Positions 26,151 to 35,716 of a stretch of DNA of 64,000 nt are shown one piece after another. Position 1 is the first letter of the stretch. Every line of letters starts with the position of its first letter. The DNA comes from an uncultured Gammaproteobacteria bacterium (GTDB taxonomy: Bacteria > Patescibacteriota > Microgenomatia > Levybacterales > GWA1-39-11), in assembly GCA_964627245.1 (NCBI GenBank), contig CAZVGS010000001.1, positions 25,256 to 89,255 on the forward strand. The letters are read 5' to 3'. The notes below the pieces were generated by a model that was not told where the DNA came from, did no database searches, and was given only the letters and a program-made list of their open reading frames with translations. Position numbers and translations under genes: made by a program.

Positions 26151-27692
26151 ATGACAAAATTTTTAAATACTAGAATTTTACTATCAGGAGCAACAATTTT
26201 AACAGCATCAGCTGTTATTATTGGTGCAACTTTCGCATTCTTTTCAGACACTGAGACTTCTAGTGGCAACACATTTGCCGCCGGTGGTATTGATCTTCTA
26301 GTAGACAGCCAAGCACATTATGCAGGACTTACATGTATCGAAGGCGTATGGGTTGAAGATCAAGCTGAGGAATCAACACGTCCTGATTTAATAGGCTTGC
26401 CATGTTCAGGAACTTGGACCCTAACCGATCTAGGACCTGCTCATACCTTCTTTAACCTCGGAGATCTCAAACCGGGGGACGAAGGAGAGAATACTATATC
26501 TCTTCATGTTGAAAACAACGACGCATACGTTTGTGCTGTAGTTAACAACTTGGAGGATAATGACAATGGTCTTACTGAGCCTGAAGAAGACGATGGCGAT
26601 ACTACAGGAGGTGATGGAGAGGGAGAATTGTCTGCTGCTCTCAGATTCTTTGCATGGGCTGACACAGGCCCAAATGACATCTTCGATGGAGATGATCCGC
26701 TTGAAGGAGACAACATTTGGCAAGAAGGCGAACAGCCTCTATTCTCCAATGGAGAAGGACCTGCAAGTGATGTTTTGGGAGGAGTTTCATACCCTCTTTT
26801 TACGCCTAGTACAAATTCCTTACCAGCAGGAGACACAGCATATGTTGGTCTTTACTGGTGCTTTGGGGAAATTTCGATTGGTGCTGGCACACTTACCTGC
26901 AATGGTGAGCTTGTCAACAACATCACACAGACTGACAGCATGACTGCTGATCTTAGCTTCTATGTTGAACAGGCAAGAAATAACGAGGACTTTACTTGTC
27001 CTACACCTGACCAAATAGAACCTGACAACAATATTACAGTTGTTGTTGAAGAAGAAGATCTTGAAACGGCAAGTCTTGTAACAGCTAAAACGAACGGTAG
27101 TTGGTTTTTCTATAACGATACAGCAGATTCAATCATGACGATTGATCAGTTCCTAGGTGACGGAGGAGAAAACCACATGGATGAAGTTGCAGGCGTCGGC
27201 AGTGCAAAAATGGTACTGCATGAAGCTTCAGCTCGTTACAACATTGCTACCTATAAGTACAGTGATATTAAGCTTGCTGACATAGATGAACTTTCATATC
27301 GAATATATGATGGTTCGGCTTCAAGCCAAACTCCATACCTTCACTTTAATGTTGACTTCAACAATAGTGATACATGGCAGAATCGCTTAGTAATGGTTCC
27401 TTCAGGTGTAGCTTCTGAAACATGGGCTACAGTTGATGCAATCGATGGAGGTAGTGCAATGTGGACATACTCCGGTGCAAACTGGCCAGCTGGCTTAGTT
27501 GACGGCACTGGTTCTACGCCAGGCACGACCCCACGTTCTTGGGATGACATTCTAGCGAATTATCCTGATGCGGAAACCCGCTCAACAGATTCATTCTTAG
27601 GTGTTAGGGTAGGTCACCCTGGGCCTGATGGTGAAATCGGATATGTGGATTGGATTAACTTCAACGGTGAAGTGTCTAATTTCGAGAACTAA
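26151..27692 (+). CDS. TasA/camelysin-like secreted protein with a SipW-cognate signal peptide (paralog 2)
   Basis: GATFAFFSDTETSSGNTFAAGGIDLLVD and DLKPGDEGENTISLHV are paralogous to the first ~280 aa of 24721-26085. Strong SD AGGAGGTGAAAT-ATG. Confidence 0.75.
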   Translation: MTKFLNTRILLSGATILTASAVIIGATFAFFSDTETSSGNTFAAGGIDLLVDSQAHYAGLTCIEGVWVEDQAEESTRPDLIGLPCSGTWTLTDLGPAHTFFNLGDLKPGDEGENTISLHVENNDAYVCAVVNNLEDNDNGLTEPEEDDGDTTGGDGEGELSAALRFFAWADTGPNDIFDGDDPLEGDNIWQEGEQPLFSNGEGPASDVLGGVSYPLFTPSTNSLPAGDTAYVGLYWCFGEISIGAGTLTCNGELVNNITQTDSMTADLSFYVEQARNNEDFTCPTPDQIEPDNNITVVVEEEDLETASLVTAKTNGSWFFYNDTADSIMTIDQFLGDGGENHMDEVAGVGSAKMVLHEASARYNIATYKYSDIKLADIDELSYRIYDGSASSQTPYLHFNVDFNNSDTWQNRLVMVPSGVASETWATVDAIDGGSAMWTYSGANWPAGLVDGTGSTPGTTPRSWDDILANYPDAETRSTDSFLGVRVGHPGPDGEIGYVDWINFNGEVSNFEN

Positions 27693-27709
27693 ATTCTGTT
27701 ACTCTAGCC

Positions 27710-27765
27710 CTGCTGTCCAGGGCTAGAGGGCAGACCGGAGGAAAGGAACGTTTTTTCCGGTCTTC
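27710..27765 (+). terminator. Two consecutive stable hairpins after TasA-like paralog 2
   Basis: CTCTAGCCCTGctgtcCAGGGCTAGAG (11-bp stem), then AGACCGGA...TCCGGTCT. There is no clean U-tract. Confidence 0.4.
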
Positions 27766-27772
27766 CTATTAA

Positions 27773-28807
27773 ATGGGCAAAGTCATTAAGCTTTTTACAA
27801 TCCTTTTTTCCATTGTTTTAATTGCATCTGCATTTTTTGTGGCAATGCTGGCATTTCCTATCTTTGGCAATCAGGCTCTAATTGTGCGCTCGGGATCAAT
27901 GGAGCCTACCATTGGAGTCGGATCAGTCGTTGTAGTTAGACAAAGCAACACTAGCACCTACCAAGAAGGTGATGTCATATCCTTCCGTTATGACAAAGAC
28001 ACGATAATAACCCACAGGATTTTTGAAGTTATAAAATCTCCAAATGGTAATATTTCTTACAAGACAAAAGGGGATGCTAACGAAGAGGAAGATAACTGGG
28101 TTGTTGCTTCAGAAGATATTCTAGGAAGGAACTATTTCACAATTCCGGAATTCGGTAAGTTGCTCGCCTTCGCACGCTCAAAATATGGTTTTCCTTTACT
28201 GATAATCTTTCCCTCAAGTCTTGTCATCTTGCTTGAGATTGTAAGCATCATAAAAGAAGTTAAAAAAGGAAAAAAGAAAAAAGAGTTAATTCACCCGCTG
28301 GTTTTTCCAAAGGATAACGCAGTAGACTACCAAACGGTCTTTACAAAGAAAAATTTTGGTCTTTTGAAGGTCTTACTGCCCTTCGTGGTTTTTGCATTTT
28401 TTATCCAAAGTACATCTGCATTCTTCTCCGATACCGAAACGTCCTCGAATAATTACTTTCAGGCAGCAACGACTTTTGGAACACCCACCCCTACACCTTC
28501 CGTGCCGGTCACTCCAACGCCTACAAATACTCCCACCCCAACACCTACCCCGGGTGGCGGGTGCGGGTCAAGTATTATTATTTCTGGGAATGGAGCGTGG
28601 TCTATCAACAAAGCTTATATAAAATGTATTCTTGAAAATTCCGTTACCCAGACGAATAACACAAATGTTAATACAAACGTAGAGACAAATTCTGATACCG
28701 GCGAAAATTCTTCAAATGGAAATGACGGAGGAGACAACAATACCGAAAGCGGGAACGCAAGTAATACTGTTGAGGTAACAGTCGAAGGCTCAGTAAATGA
28801 AAACTAG
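27773..28807 (+). CDS. sipW: SipW-type signal peptidase I (aa 1 to ~170) fused in frame to a small SipW-substrate-like domain (aa ~196-344)
   Basis: Catalytic Ser motif SGSMEPTIGVG and a His in ITHRIFEV, with TM segments at both ends as in SipW. A second hydrophobic stretch then leads into AFFSDTETSSNNYF, a PT-rich linker and a short C-terminal domain. No stop codon separates the two parts. Confidence 0.7.
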   Translation: MGKVIKLFTILFSIVLIASAFFVAMLAFPIFGNQALIVRSGSMEPTIGVGSVVVVRQSNTSTYQEGDVISFRYDKDTIITHRIFEVIKSPNGNISYKTKGDANEEEDNWVVASEDILGRNYFTIPEFGKLLAFARSKYGFPLLIIFPSSLVILLEIVSIIKEVKKGKKKKELIHPLVFPKDNAVDYQTVFTKKNFGLLKVLLPFVVFAFFIQSTSAFFSDTETSSNNYFQAATTFGTPTPTPSVPVTPTPTNTPTPTPTPGGGCGSSIIISGNGAWSINKAYIKCILENSVTQTNNTNVNTNVETNSDTGENSSNGNDGGDNNTESGNASNTVEVTVEGSVNEN

Positions 28808-29334
28808 CTTACAGGCTTTGCGACTACTACGAAGCGCTTGGAGTCCAGAAATCCTGTGCAGGTGTAAAGAGTGATCCTGGTGTCATTGGTAGAGTTAATA
28901 ATATAACTTTCTGAAGGTTCTACAACTGCAGTATATTCCACCTCAAATTCTCTCTTGTCCCCATTTTTAAGTGTAATAAATATCCTTTCTCCCGGTCTTA
29001 CGGACGGTAGGTCTTTCAGCAAACTCTCCCAGTTGTGCCCATACAATACGCTATTTCCCTTTTGTCCGGGCTCAGGCGTAGAAGCAAGGTAGGAAATGCC
29101 TTTATGAGTTGTTTCCCAATTACTGCCCTCTTTTATTGCGGGAACTATCGGCAATTGCAGATTTATTGAAGGAATTTCAATAGTATTTGGCGGGGTTATG
29201 CTTTTCTGGAGATTACCAGGCTTATTCTCAAAGGATAAAGGCTTTGGGGAGTGACGTAAATACACTAAGTAAAATCCAAAAAACACAAGAATAATTCCTG
29301 TGAGAGTTAACAATCTGGAAATTAAGCGCAACAT
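28804..29334 (-). CDS. Sortase (class E-like)
   Basis: N-terminal TM anchor. Active-site signature RITLYTCTG (TLxTC) and His motif VLYGHN. Confidence 0.8.
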   Translation of the reverse strand: MLRLISRLLTLTGIILVFFGFYLVYLRHSPKPLSFENKPGNLQKSITPPNTIEIPSINLQLPIVPAIKEGSNWETTHKGISYLASTPEPGQKGNSVLYGHNWESLLKDLPSVRPGERIFITLKNGDKREFEVEYTAVVEPSESYIINSTNDTRITLYTCTGFLDSKRFVVVAKPVS

Positions 29335-29363
29335 AGTGACTGAGTGCTCACCTATGTAAGCTA

Positions 29364-29960
29364 TTAGTTAGCTTTTCTCCTCAAGAGGATACCCGTGAGA
29401 GTCAAAAGAACTCCCGCACCAAAAGTTTCAGCAATAAATAGGAGGTTACCTGTAGAAGCAAGGCTTGTACCTTGAGCAGACTGGACAATTGATCCTAACC
29501 CATCAGATCTTCCATCAGTACGTCCATCTGTTCTGCCGTCTCCTCCGCCTGAATTCGTGGTAGACGAAGACTTGCAAGAGTAAGTGATGTTCTTTGCCAA
29601 ATATGAGCCTTCAGAAAGACCCCATGCGGTTCCGTCTGGAATAAATATCCAGCCTTCTTTTTGAAGAACCTTAATTTCATCCTGAGTTAGATTTGATGTA
29701 TTTAACCAATTTGTCTGGATACCTTCTCCATTCTCGCCGCAAAAACACTGCATTGCTTTACCATTTTCCTGCAAGTGTACAGCATCGGATCCTATTTTTG
29801 AGCCAACACCAGGAATGCCGTGTGTTCCATTGTCATAATTTGCGATTACTTCACCTTTTGGCGAAAGACACGAAGGGAATTCAGAGATTTGCTCAGAGTG
29901 AGCGCTTCCTGCGAAGACAAGAAATGCAATTGATAGAAGAAAAAACGATGACTTCTTCAT
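29364..29960 (-). CDS. Sortase-substrate surface protein with an LASTG sorting signal
   Basis: Signal peptide. C-terminal LASTG, then a hydrophobic stretch and RRKAN. GDGRTDGRTDGRSDG repeats. Start chosen at MKKSSFF, just downstream of the consensus promoter. Confidence 0.7.
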   Translation of the reverse strand: MKKSSFFLLSIAFLVFAGSAHSEQISEFPSCLSPKGEVIANYDNGTHGIPGVGSKIGSDAVHLQENGKAMQCFCGENGEGIQTNWLNTSNLTQDEIKVLQKEGWIFIPDGTAWGLSEGSYLAKNITYSCKSSSTTNSGGGDGRTDGRTDGRSDGLGSIVQSAQGTSLASTGNLLFIAETFGAGVLLTLTGILLRRKAN

Positions 29961-29970
29961 AACTGGAGGC

Positions 29971-29999
29971 ATTATAGTATATAACTACAGGTTTGTCAA
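29971..29999 (-). promoter_or_regulatory. Consensus sigma70 promoter (TTGACA-17-TATAAT) for the LASTG-protein gene, near-leaderless
   Basis: Minus-strand read: gcTTGACAaacctgtagttatatacTATAATgcc. The ATG lies ~10 nt after the -10 with no SD. Confidence 0.6.
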
Positions 30000-30000
30000 G

Positions 30001-31251
30001 CTAGAATGGTAGGGGTATTTTAAGAAGCAGTATAAGCAGTCTTTCAATAGACGAAGGGTTGCTTTTGATGAGTTTTATGTTGTCATTATGAAGGTGAAGA
30101 TCCACTTTTGAGTGCTCGTACCCCTCTGCCATAATAGTTGCTTGACTTGTGTTCTTGAGGCTTGGGATCGCAAAATTTCCGTCCTTATCTGTCTTATATG
30201 CTCGATTCTCAACATTAATTGTAGATCCTAGGCCTTTTCCAATATAATCCGTTACCTGTCCTGCAAATACAAAGGGACTATAAGACTTTGCGATTGTATC
30301 AACTGCAACCCTTTTGTAACCGGATTCCTCCCATACTTCAGTTGAACCGCCTGTATTAGTCCAGTAGTTCATGCCCATTAAATGGATGTTTTTTGACATT
30401 AGCTCAAATGCTTCCGTGAGCCACTCATTTTGCTCAACCTCAGACATTTCTCCGTGAATATCGGGAATTGGAGCCCCAAATTCTCCAAGAACAACTTTCC
30501 CCCCGCTTCTTAGTGCGTATTCAGTAACATCCTGGTTGAGCTTTTCAGGCGTTAGTACATAGTGATCAACAACAACAAGACCCCCCAGCTTTGACGTGGT
30601 ATCCTCATCCATAATAAGCTTTGCGACATCTCCATTCATTGAATTAAATCGCGTGTCCACCTTTTTACCAATTTTTGCAAATGCCCTTTTTGTGATTTCG
30701 TATTCTTTGATCAGAAACTCCTTGTGACCTTGTGCATCATTGTTGTGCCTTGGATCACCCGGCCCTCCGTTCTCACACTCAGGACAAGCACTGAACACAT
30801 CTCCGTCGGCAAAAAGACCCGGGTTGTTCAAAATGAATTCCTCAACAAGCCTGGCATGAGTGTCGCGGTCAATTTTGTCATACGAGAACCACCCTTCCCA
30901 GCCTGAAAAATTTCCCCGGAACCACACATTTAAGCCATACCTTCTCGCATAACTTACCCATCTTTTAAGAAACGGCCCAAACTCCTCATCATATGGCGTT
31001 GCTATTGAAACGTGCGTTGCACTTACATCTGCGATTTGCTTAATCTGACGCTCAATTACAACATCAAAAGTGGAGTCATTATTTTTTTCGCGCGCAAGAT
31101 CCCGGGAATACTTCATAGTGTCAACAGATTGAAAATCCCAAAAACGCGTTTTCTCCTGAAGACTTATCCGAGAATTACTGACACTAACCCCAATAACAAT
31201 TGAAAAAAGTGTTATGCAAATTGCCAAGAACGTTACGATTTTTTTATTCAT
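30001..31251 (-). CDS. Membrane-anchored glycoside hydrolase (TIM-barrel, GH5-like) with a C-terminal beta-sandwich domain
   Basis: N-terminal TM. The NEW..E region and VVLGEFGAP resemble GH5 catalytic-residue regions. The family call is tentative. Confidence 0.5.
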   Translation of the reverse strand: MNKKIVTFLAICITLFSIVIGVSVSNSRISLQEKTRFWDFQSVDTMKYSRDLAREKNNDSTFDVVIERQIKQIADVSATHVSIATPYDEEFGPFLKRWVSYARRYGLNVWFRGNFSGWEGWFSYDKIDRDTHARLVEEFILNNPGLFADGDVFSACPECENGGPGDPRHNNDAQGHKEFLIKEYEITKRAFAKIGKKVDTRFNSMNGDVAKLIMDEDTTSKLGGLVVVDHYVLTPEKLNQDVTEYALRSGGKVVLGEFGAPIPDIHGEMSEVEQNEWLTEAFELMSKNIHLMGMNYWTNTGGSTEVWEESGYKRVAVDTIAKSYSPFVFAGQVTDYIGKGLGSTINVENRAYKTDKDGNFAIPSLKNTSQATIMAEGYEHSKVDLHLHNDNIKLIKSNPSSIERLLILLLKIPLPF

Positions 31252-31254
31252 ATA

Positions 31255-32745
31255 TTATTTTGCTATACCTATTACATCCTGCTTTACCTTCGGAACGGTT
31301 ACAAAACCCTCTTTTGATACATGAGAGGTTGCCGCATGTTTTAAGTTTACAGGATTGTACCATTTCATTTGCGTTATATCAGCTTTGAGTCTGATTGTAC
31401 CAGCTTTGTTAGCGTCCGGAATATAAATTATTGTTGTACTTTTACCTGAGGCTGCAATAGCTCCGCTTTGCTTATTTAGCCTCATAAGACTCAGGTCGGG
31501 TCTTAAGTCCTCCCACTTTTGCTTTTGAAGAAATGCTTTTGAAATCCCCAGTTGAAAGGCGCCAGGAAATCTCAAAGCTTTTTTGTAAGAAGAATTGCCC
31601 CAGTGACCCATGAAATTATCTCCCTTTGCTATCTGCCAAACCCCATGTGCCCCATATGAGTGCCCCTTTGCGCCGGAAAGAGCACATGCCCAAAAGGCAA
31701 GGCGTTGATGGTATGCTCCAAAATTACCCATTATTCCCTCATACCAGGGTTCCAAATTAATGATAATTTTCTTCGAGCTTTCTATTGCTTCCCTCATAAA
31801 TTGAAGCCTGTTAACATCATGACCGGACTGAATTGAATTAACGTCAATCATGCCGCCAAAATATGTATCCGCTTTGACCATACCGCTTACGTGTGCAGTC
31901 AAAAGCGAATTGTTGTAATTGATTTTTCTGAGGTTAGAAAGCGCGCTTTTCCACTTATGGATTCTTTGAGACAAATTCTTTTTAGGCGCTTTTTTGAATT
32001 TCTTGAGTAACGAATAGACATTTTCGTTAGTGCTTAGAATTCTTTTGAAAATGTCCTTCACTCTGCCTGTTTTTTCTCCATAAAAGACATCTACCTCACC
32101 GGAAAGTGAGAAAATAGCCGGATAATAGCCGTAGCGCGCAAAAACTTCATTAGCAAAGTCATTAAATTTTCTAACTCCAAATAAATCTATATGATGACCC
32201 CACCCCAGAAATAGCATCGGCAAAAGTTCTGCCTCACAAATTTTATCAATTCTTTTATCAAGCGCGTCAAAATAACTCTCATTTACTGAAAAATCTTTAC
32301 GGAATGGATGACCATTGTCGTTATGGGCTTCTTCTGAGAAGAAAGGAATTTCAGGGGGCACACCAACAACAAGTTGTATGGCATTAAAGCCCTGCTTTTT
32401 GCGTTTTATTATGTACTTTTCAAATTCTTCATTTGAAATTCTTTTTGTGGCACCATACCAGATAGTGTCAGACAAAAGAAATATGGATTTTCCACCCAGC
32501 TTAAAGTAATCCTTTCCGCTTGAAAGCAACAGTTTGACTGAAGTCTTTCTTAGCACAAAAGCGCCCTCTTCCTTTGCTGTTCTATAGATATATGACCCTT
32601 TTTCACCTGAAAAACGGAAATAAGATTTGCCATCCGCCTTTTGAAAAATCAAAGCTGTGTGCTTTGTTCTGCCTGTTATTAATACCGTTGTATTTTTGCC
32701 GTAACTTTTACTCAAAGCTACTTCTATTGGCTTACAATTGAGCAT
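31255..32745 (-). CDS. Putative glycoside hydrolase (DUF4038/GH140-like) with a C-terminal collagen-binding-like domain
   Basis: TIM-barrel-like core with IINLEPWYEGI. Tentative family call. Confidence 0.4.
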   Translation of the reverse strand: MLNCKPIEVALSKSYGKNTTVLITGRTKHTALIFQKADGKSYFRFSGEKGSYIYRTAKEEGAFVLRKTSVKLLLSSGKDYFKLGGKSIFLLSDTIWYGATKRISNEEFEKYIIKRKKQGFNAIQLVVGVPPEIPFFSEEAHNDNGHPFRKDFSVNESYFDALDKRIDKICEAELLPMLFLGWGHHIDLFGVRKFNDFANEVFARYGYYPAIFSLSGEVDVFYGEKTGRVKDIFKRILSTNENVYSLLKKFKKAPKKNLSQRIHKWKSALSNLRKINYNNSLLTAHVSGMVKADTYFGGMIDVNSIQSGHDVNRLQFMREAIESSKKIIINLEPWYEGIMGNFGAYHQRLAFWACALSGAKGHSYGAHGVWQIAKGDNFMGHWGNSSYKKALRFPGAFQLGISKAFLQKQKWEDLRPDLSLMRLNKQSGAIAASGKSTTIIYIPDANKAGTIRLKADITQMKWYNPVNLKHAATSHVSKEGFVTVPKVKQDVIGIAK

Positions 32746-32753
32746 AGACGATC

Positions 32754-34061
32754 CTATTTATAGGAGGGTGTGAAATTCGGAAAGGAGAAATTGAAATTGA
32801 ATGAAAACCGCTTTTTTACTGGTGCGGTAAGTCCAAGAAGAACAGTTGCGGGATTTACTTCTAAAGTAACATCCGACATCCTTACAGCCTCTCCTCTTTT
32901 AATGTCTTTTAAGAGTATAGCGTTTTTTGCTAGGCCTACCGGTAATGTATTAGAATTCTTTTTGAAATTTGAAATTTGCCCATACACCATATCTCCGCCT
33001 ATCCCGTCCAGCCTATCCCCTGCCTTCAAATTTTTCTTTGCAACTGTCATGGTTGTAGTCTTTTGGTGTGAATTGTTTATCGTCACTTCTTTGTATAAAG
33101 CAGCAGAAGCTATAGTTTGCATAACCTCAAGGTGGCACAAGTGATAAGGTTCAAATAGTAAATAATACGGCCCATCTCCGAGGCTGAGGTATCTTAGGTA
33201 CTTCACTTGGTTTGGGTCTTTATGTTTTGCTATTACGAATATTCCGGGAAATAGGTTGAGGCCAATTACATAATCCACTATTCCTCCTTTAGGAATTTTT
33301 TTGAAGTCAAATTTCTTAAGTATGTCTTTAAGCTCGTCCACTCTTGTCCCTACCATGCCGTCCTTCATAACTTTCATTCCATAGTAGTTTGCGACCAAAT
33401 TCATCTCAATTGACTGCTTTGTTCCATCTGTAAAAGAAACAGTTTGCCTGACATTCAGCCCCTTGTCATCTGCCCATTTCTGCATTTTAGACTGCGTCGC
33501 ACGCTCGTCCATGTAACGTTTCATATTTCCGGCAACAATTACCTCAAAACCCATAAGACGCGCTTGCGAGATGAGGCGTGTTAGACTCCCGGGCTGGTCA
33601 CCCAAAACATCGGTTATCAGAACACCCTTTTTATCAGCCAAAGCTTTTAGCTTGTGGCCTACGGTTGCCTGAAGCTCGGGGTTCATTGTGATCAAGTGCT
33701 TCTTTGAATTAATAGTGGCCAATGCAATTTGTGTTCCGTAATCGACCGTTCCGGACACTTCAAGAACAACGGCATTTTTGTATTGCTTTATAAGAGTAAT
33801 ATCTGAAGAAACAGCAATAATTCCATGTGCTGTGAGCTCTTTAACCTCAAAAATTGACGCTACTGCCAATGCCTTTATGCCGTTTTTGTTAAGATATTCA
33901 ACGGCTTCATCAGCACGCCTTGTAATAATAAGGGGAATTTTGATATACGGACTCTTTGAAGCAGAGGAGATAAATCCAAATCCCATAAACCCAAGACCGC
34001 ATACAATAACTTCAAGCGGTTTTTCGAGTCTTTCAAGGTCATGAATGAGCTTCGCGTACAT
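32754..34061 (-). CDS. NAD(P)-binding dehydrogenase with a C-terminal SAF domain (COG4091, homoserine-dehydrogenase-like)
   Basis: N-terminal Rossmann motif VIVCGLGFMGFGF. C-terminal SAF-like region LLKDIKRGEAVRMSDV. Confidence 0.6.
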   Translation of the reverse strand: MYAKLIHDLERLEKPLEVIVCGLGFMGFGFISSASKSPYIKIPLIITRRADEAVEYLNKNGIKALAVASIFEVKELTAHGIIAVSSDITLIKQYKNAVVLEVSGTVDYGTQIALATINSKKHLITMNPELQATVGHKLKALADKKGVLITDVLGDQPGSLTRLISQARLMGFEVIVAGNMKRYMDERATQSKMQKWADDKGLNVRQTVSFTDGTKQSIEMNLVANYYGMKVMKDGMVGTRVDELKDILKKFDFKKIPKGGIVDYVIGLNLFPGIFVIAKHKDPNQVKYLRYLSLGDGPYYLLFEPYHLCHLEVMQTIASAALYKEVTINNSHQKTTTMTVAKKNLKAGDRLDGIGGDMVYGQISNFKKNSNTLPVGLAKNAILLKDIKRGEAVRMSDVTLEVNPATVLLGLTAPVKKRFSFNFNFSFPNFTPSYK

Positions 34062-34102
34062 GTGTAAATTATAACCTATAGTAGAAGCTAAATCAAGTGC
34101 TT

Positions 34103-35716
34103 TTACCTTTGATTGGGGAACATCTCAGAAGTATTCAATTGATTTACGTATTCATCTTTTATCTCATAGATATCTGCAAAAGGATACTTTTCTACCAAAT
34201 TGTACTTCTGCAAAGCCTTATTCTCGGCAAGCTCTTTGAAAGTTAGGTCATTCACGTCATTTGTGCGCATGATGATCCACCTTGCCCATCTATCAGGCGC
34301 TGACGTGGCTGCGATCCAGTAAGCCCCTGTTCCTTCATGAATAAATTTCTTCATTTGAAGTCCGGATGAAAAAATGATGGCATCATGTGAGGCGGCAGAA
34401 ATAAGGACAAAACCCTCCTTACCGGTGATATTTTTCCTCATCCAGCCTGAAACTTCAGACACGTTCTTTTGAGATGAGCCAACCCTTGCATCATCAATCG
34501 TTACGGCATCCTGGCTTGTAAAAGTAAAAACGCTTACAAGAAGTATGAGCCCGACGAGTACGTATTTCAGCTTTTGCGAAACGCCGACCAAGTATCCGGT
34601 AAAAATTGCAATAGCCGGTGCAAGCATGATCCCGTAGCGCACATTGAACCAAGTATTTCCTGATAATCCTTGAATAAATAGCACGGATTGACCTAAATAC
34701 AAAGCAAGAATGTTGAAAATTAGAGGTGCAAGAAGTGAAAATGAAGCAAGCTTGACCCCTGATGAGAATTTCTTATTAAGAAAGAAAAATATACTTCCCA
34801 ATAACCCAAGCAGGACAATAAATGTGTTGCTGTTGAACAAAAGTGCGTGTGTATAAACCTTTATTGAAAAGAGCAAATTCCCCTTCGTGGCAAGGTTGCC
34901 TGCCTCTTCAAGCTGGGTCTGTTGCGTATAGGCAGAGTAAGGACCGTAGATAAAATATAGAGGATCTTTGAAAATTACCAAATTCCACAAAAACCACAAT
35001 GCAACACCAAGGCTCCCAAGAGTCATAAAGAAGATGGTTCTACCCTCAGCTGTCTTAAAACCTGATTTTTTTAGAGTATGCAAAAAGATAAGAACCGTCA
35101 TCATAAATAATAAGAACCACCCGTCGTATCTTATGAGTGTTGCAAGCATTACCCAAAATGAAGCCATTACAAGGTTAAGAAGTTTTTCTCTTTGATACCA
35201 GACGAGAAGCTCAAAAGATGCAGCTGTCATAGTGGCAATAAGCAAAAGCTCAGTCATGGCGGTTGACTGAAGGTACAAGATGTTAAGGTTGGCACAAAAA
35301 ACAACAACTGCAGTGAGTCTTCCAAGAGCCGGGACACTAAGCCTTTTTAGGTAATAATAGATCATCATACCTGTGGCTACAAAAGACACCATGGACTGTA
35401 ATGCGCCTGAAAGACCGGAATGCCACATAAAGTCATTCCAGATTGTCGGCACCATGAGCAGATGAGGTAAAGGAAGCCAAACGGAACCTAGCTGAGCAAA
35501 ACCCGGCTTTAGACTCTCAACAACGCGCCTGCCGATATCCAAATGGGATCTGGCATCGTTATACGAGAGTCCCAGTCCGTTACTAAAGTAGACAGCATAG
35601 GAAAAAACTGAGATTACCGTAAGAATATACAGCAAAATCTGAAAGTCGTACTTCTCAAAAAACCTCAATAGACGTTTTACAGCCTTGAAAGGAATTGGGA
35701 AAATTAGTCCGTTCAT
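34103..35716 (-). CDS. Polytopic membrane protein, probably a GT-C-fold glycosyltransferase, with a C-terminal extracytoplasmic domain
   Basis: ~11 predicted TM segments followed by a ~130-aa soluble C-terminus. Sits in the glycosyltransferase operon. Family not resolved. Confidence 0.4.
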   Translation of the reverse strand: MNGLIFPIPFKAVKRLLRFFEKYDFQILLYILTVISVFSYAVYFSNGLGLSYNDARSHLDIGRRVVESLKPGFAQLGSVWLPLPHLLMVPTIWNDFMWHSGLSGALQSMVSFVATGMMIYYYLKRLSVPALGRLTAVVVFCANLNILYLQSTAMTELLLIATMTAASFELLVWYQREKLLNLVMASFWVMLATLIRYDGWFLLFMMTVLIFLHTLKKSGFKTAEGRTIFFMTLGSLGVALWFLWNLVIFKDPLYFIYGPYSAYTQQTQLEEAGNLATKGNLLFSIKVYTHALLFNSNTFIVLLGLLGSIFFFLNKKFSSGVKLASFSLLAPLIFNILALYLGQSVLFIQGLSGNTWFNVRYGIMLAPAIAIFTGYLVGVSQKLKYVLVGLILLVSVFTFTSQDAVTIDDARVGSSQKNVSEVSGWMRKNITGKEGFVLISAASHDAIIFSSGLQMKKFIHEGTGAYWIAATSAPDRWARWIIMRTNDVNDLTFKELAENKALQKYNLVEKYPFADIYEIKDEYVNQLNTSEMFPNQR

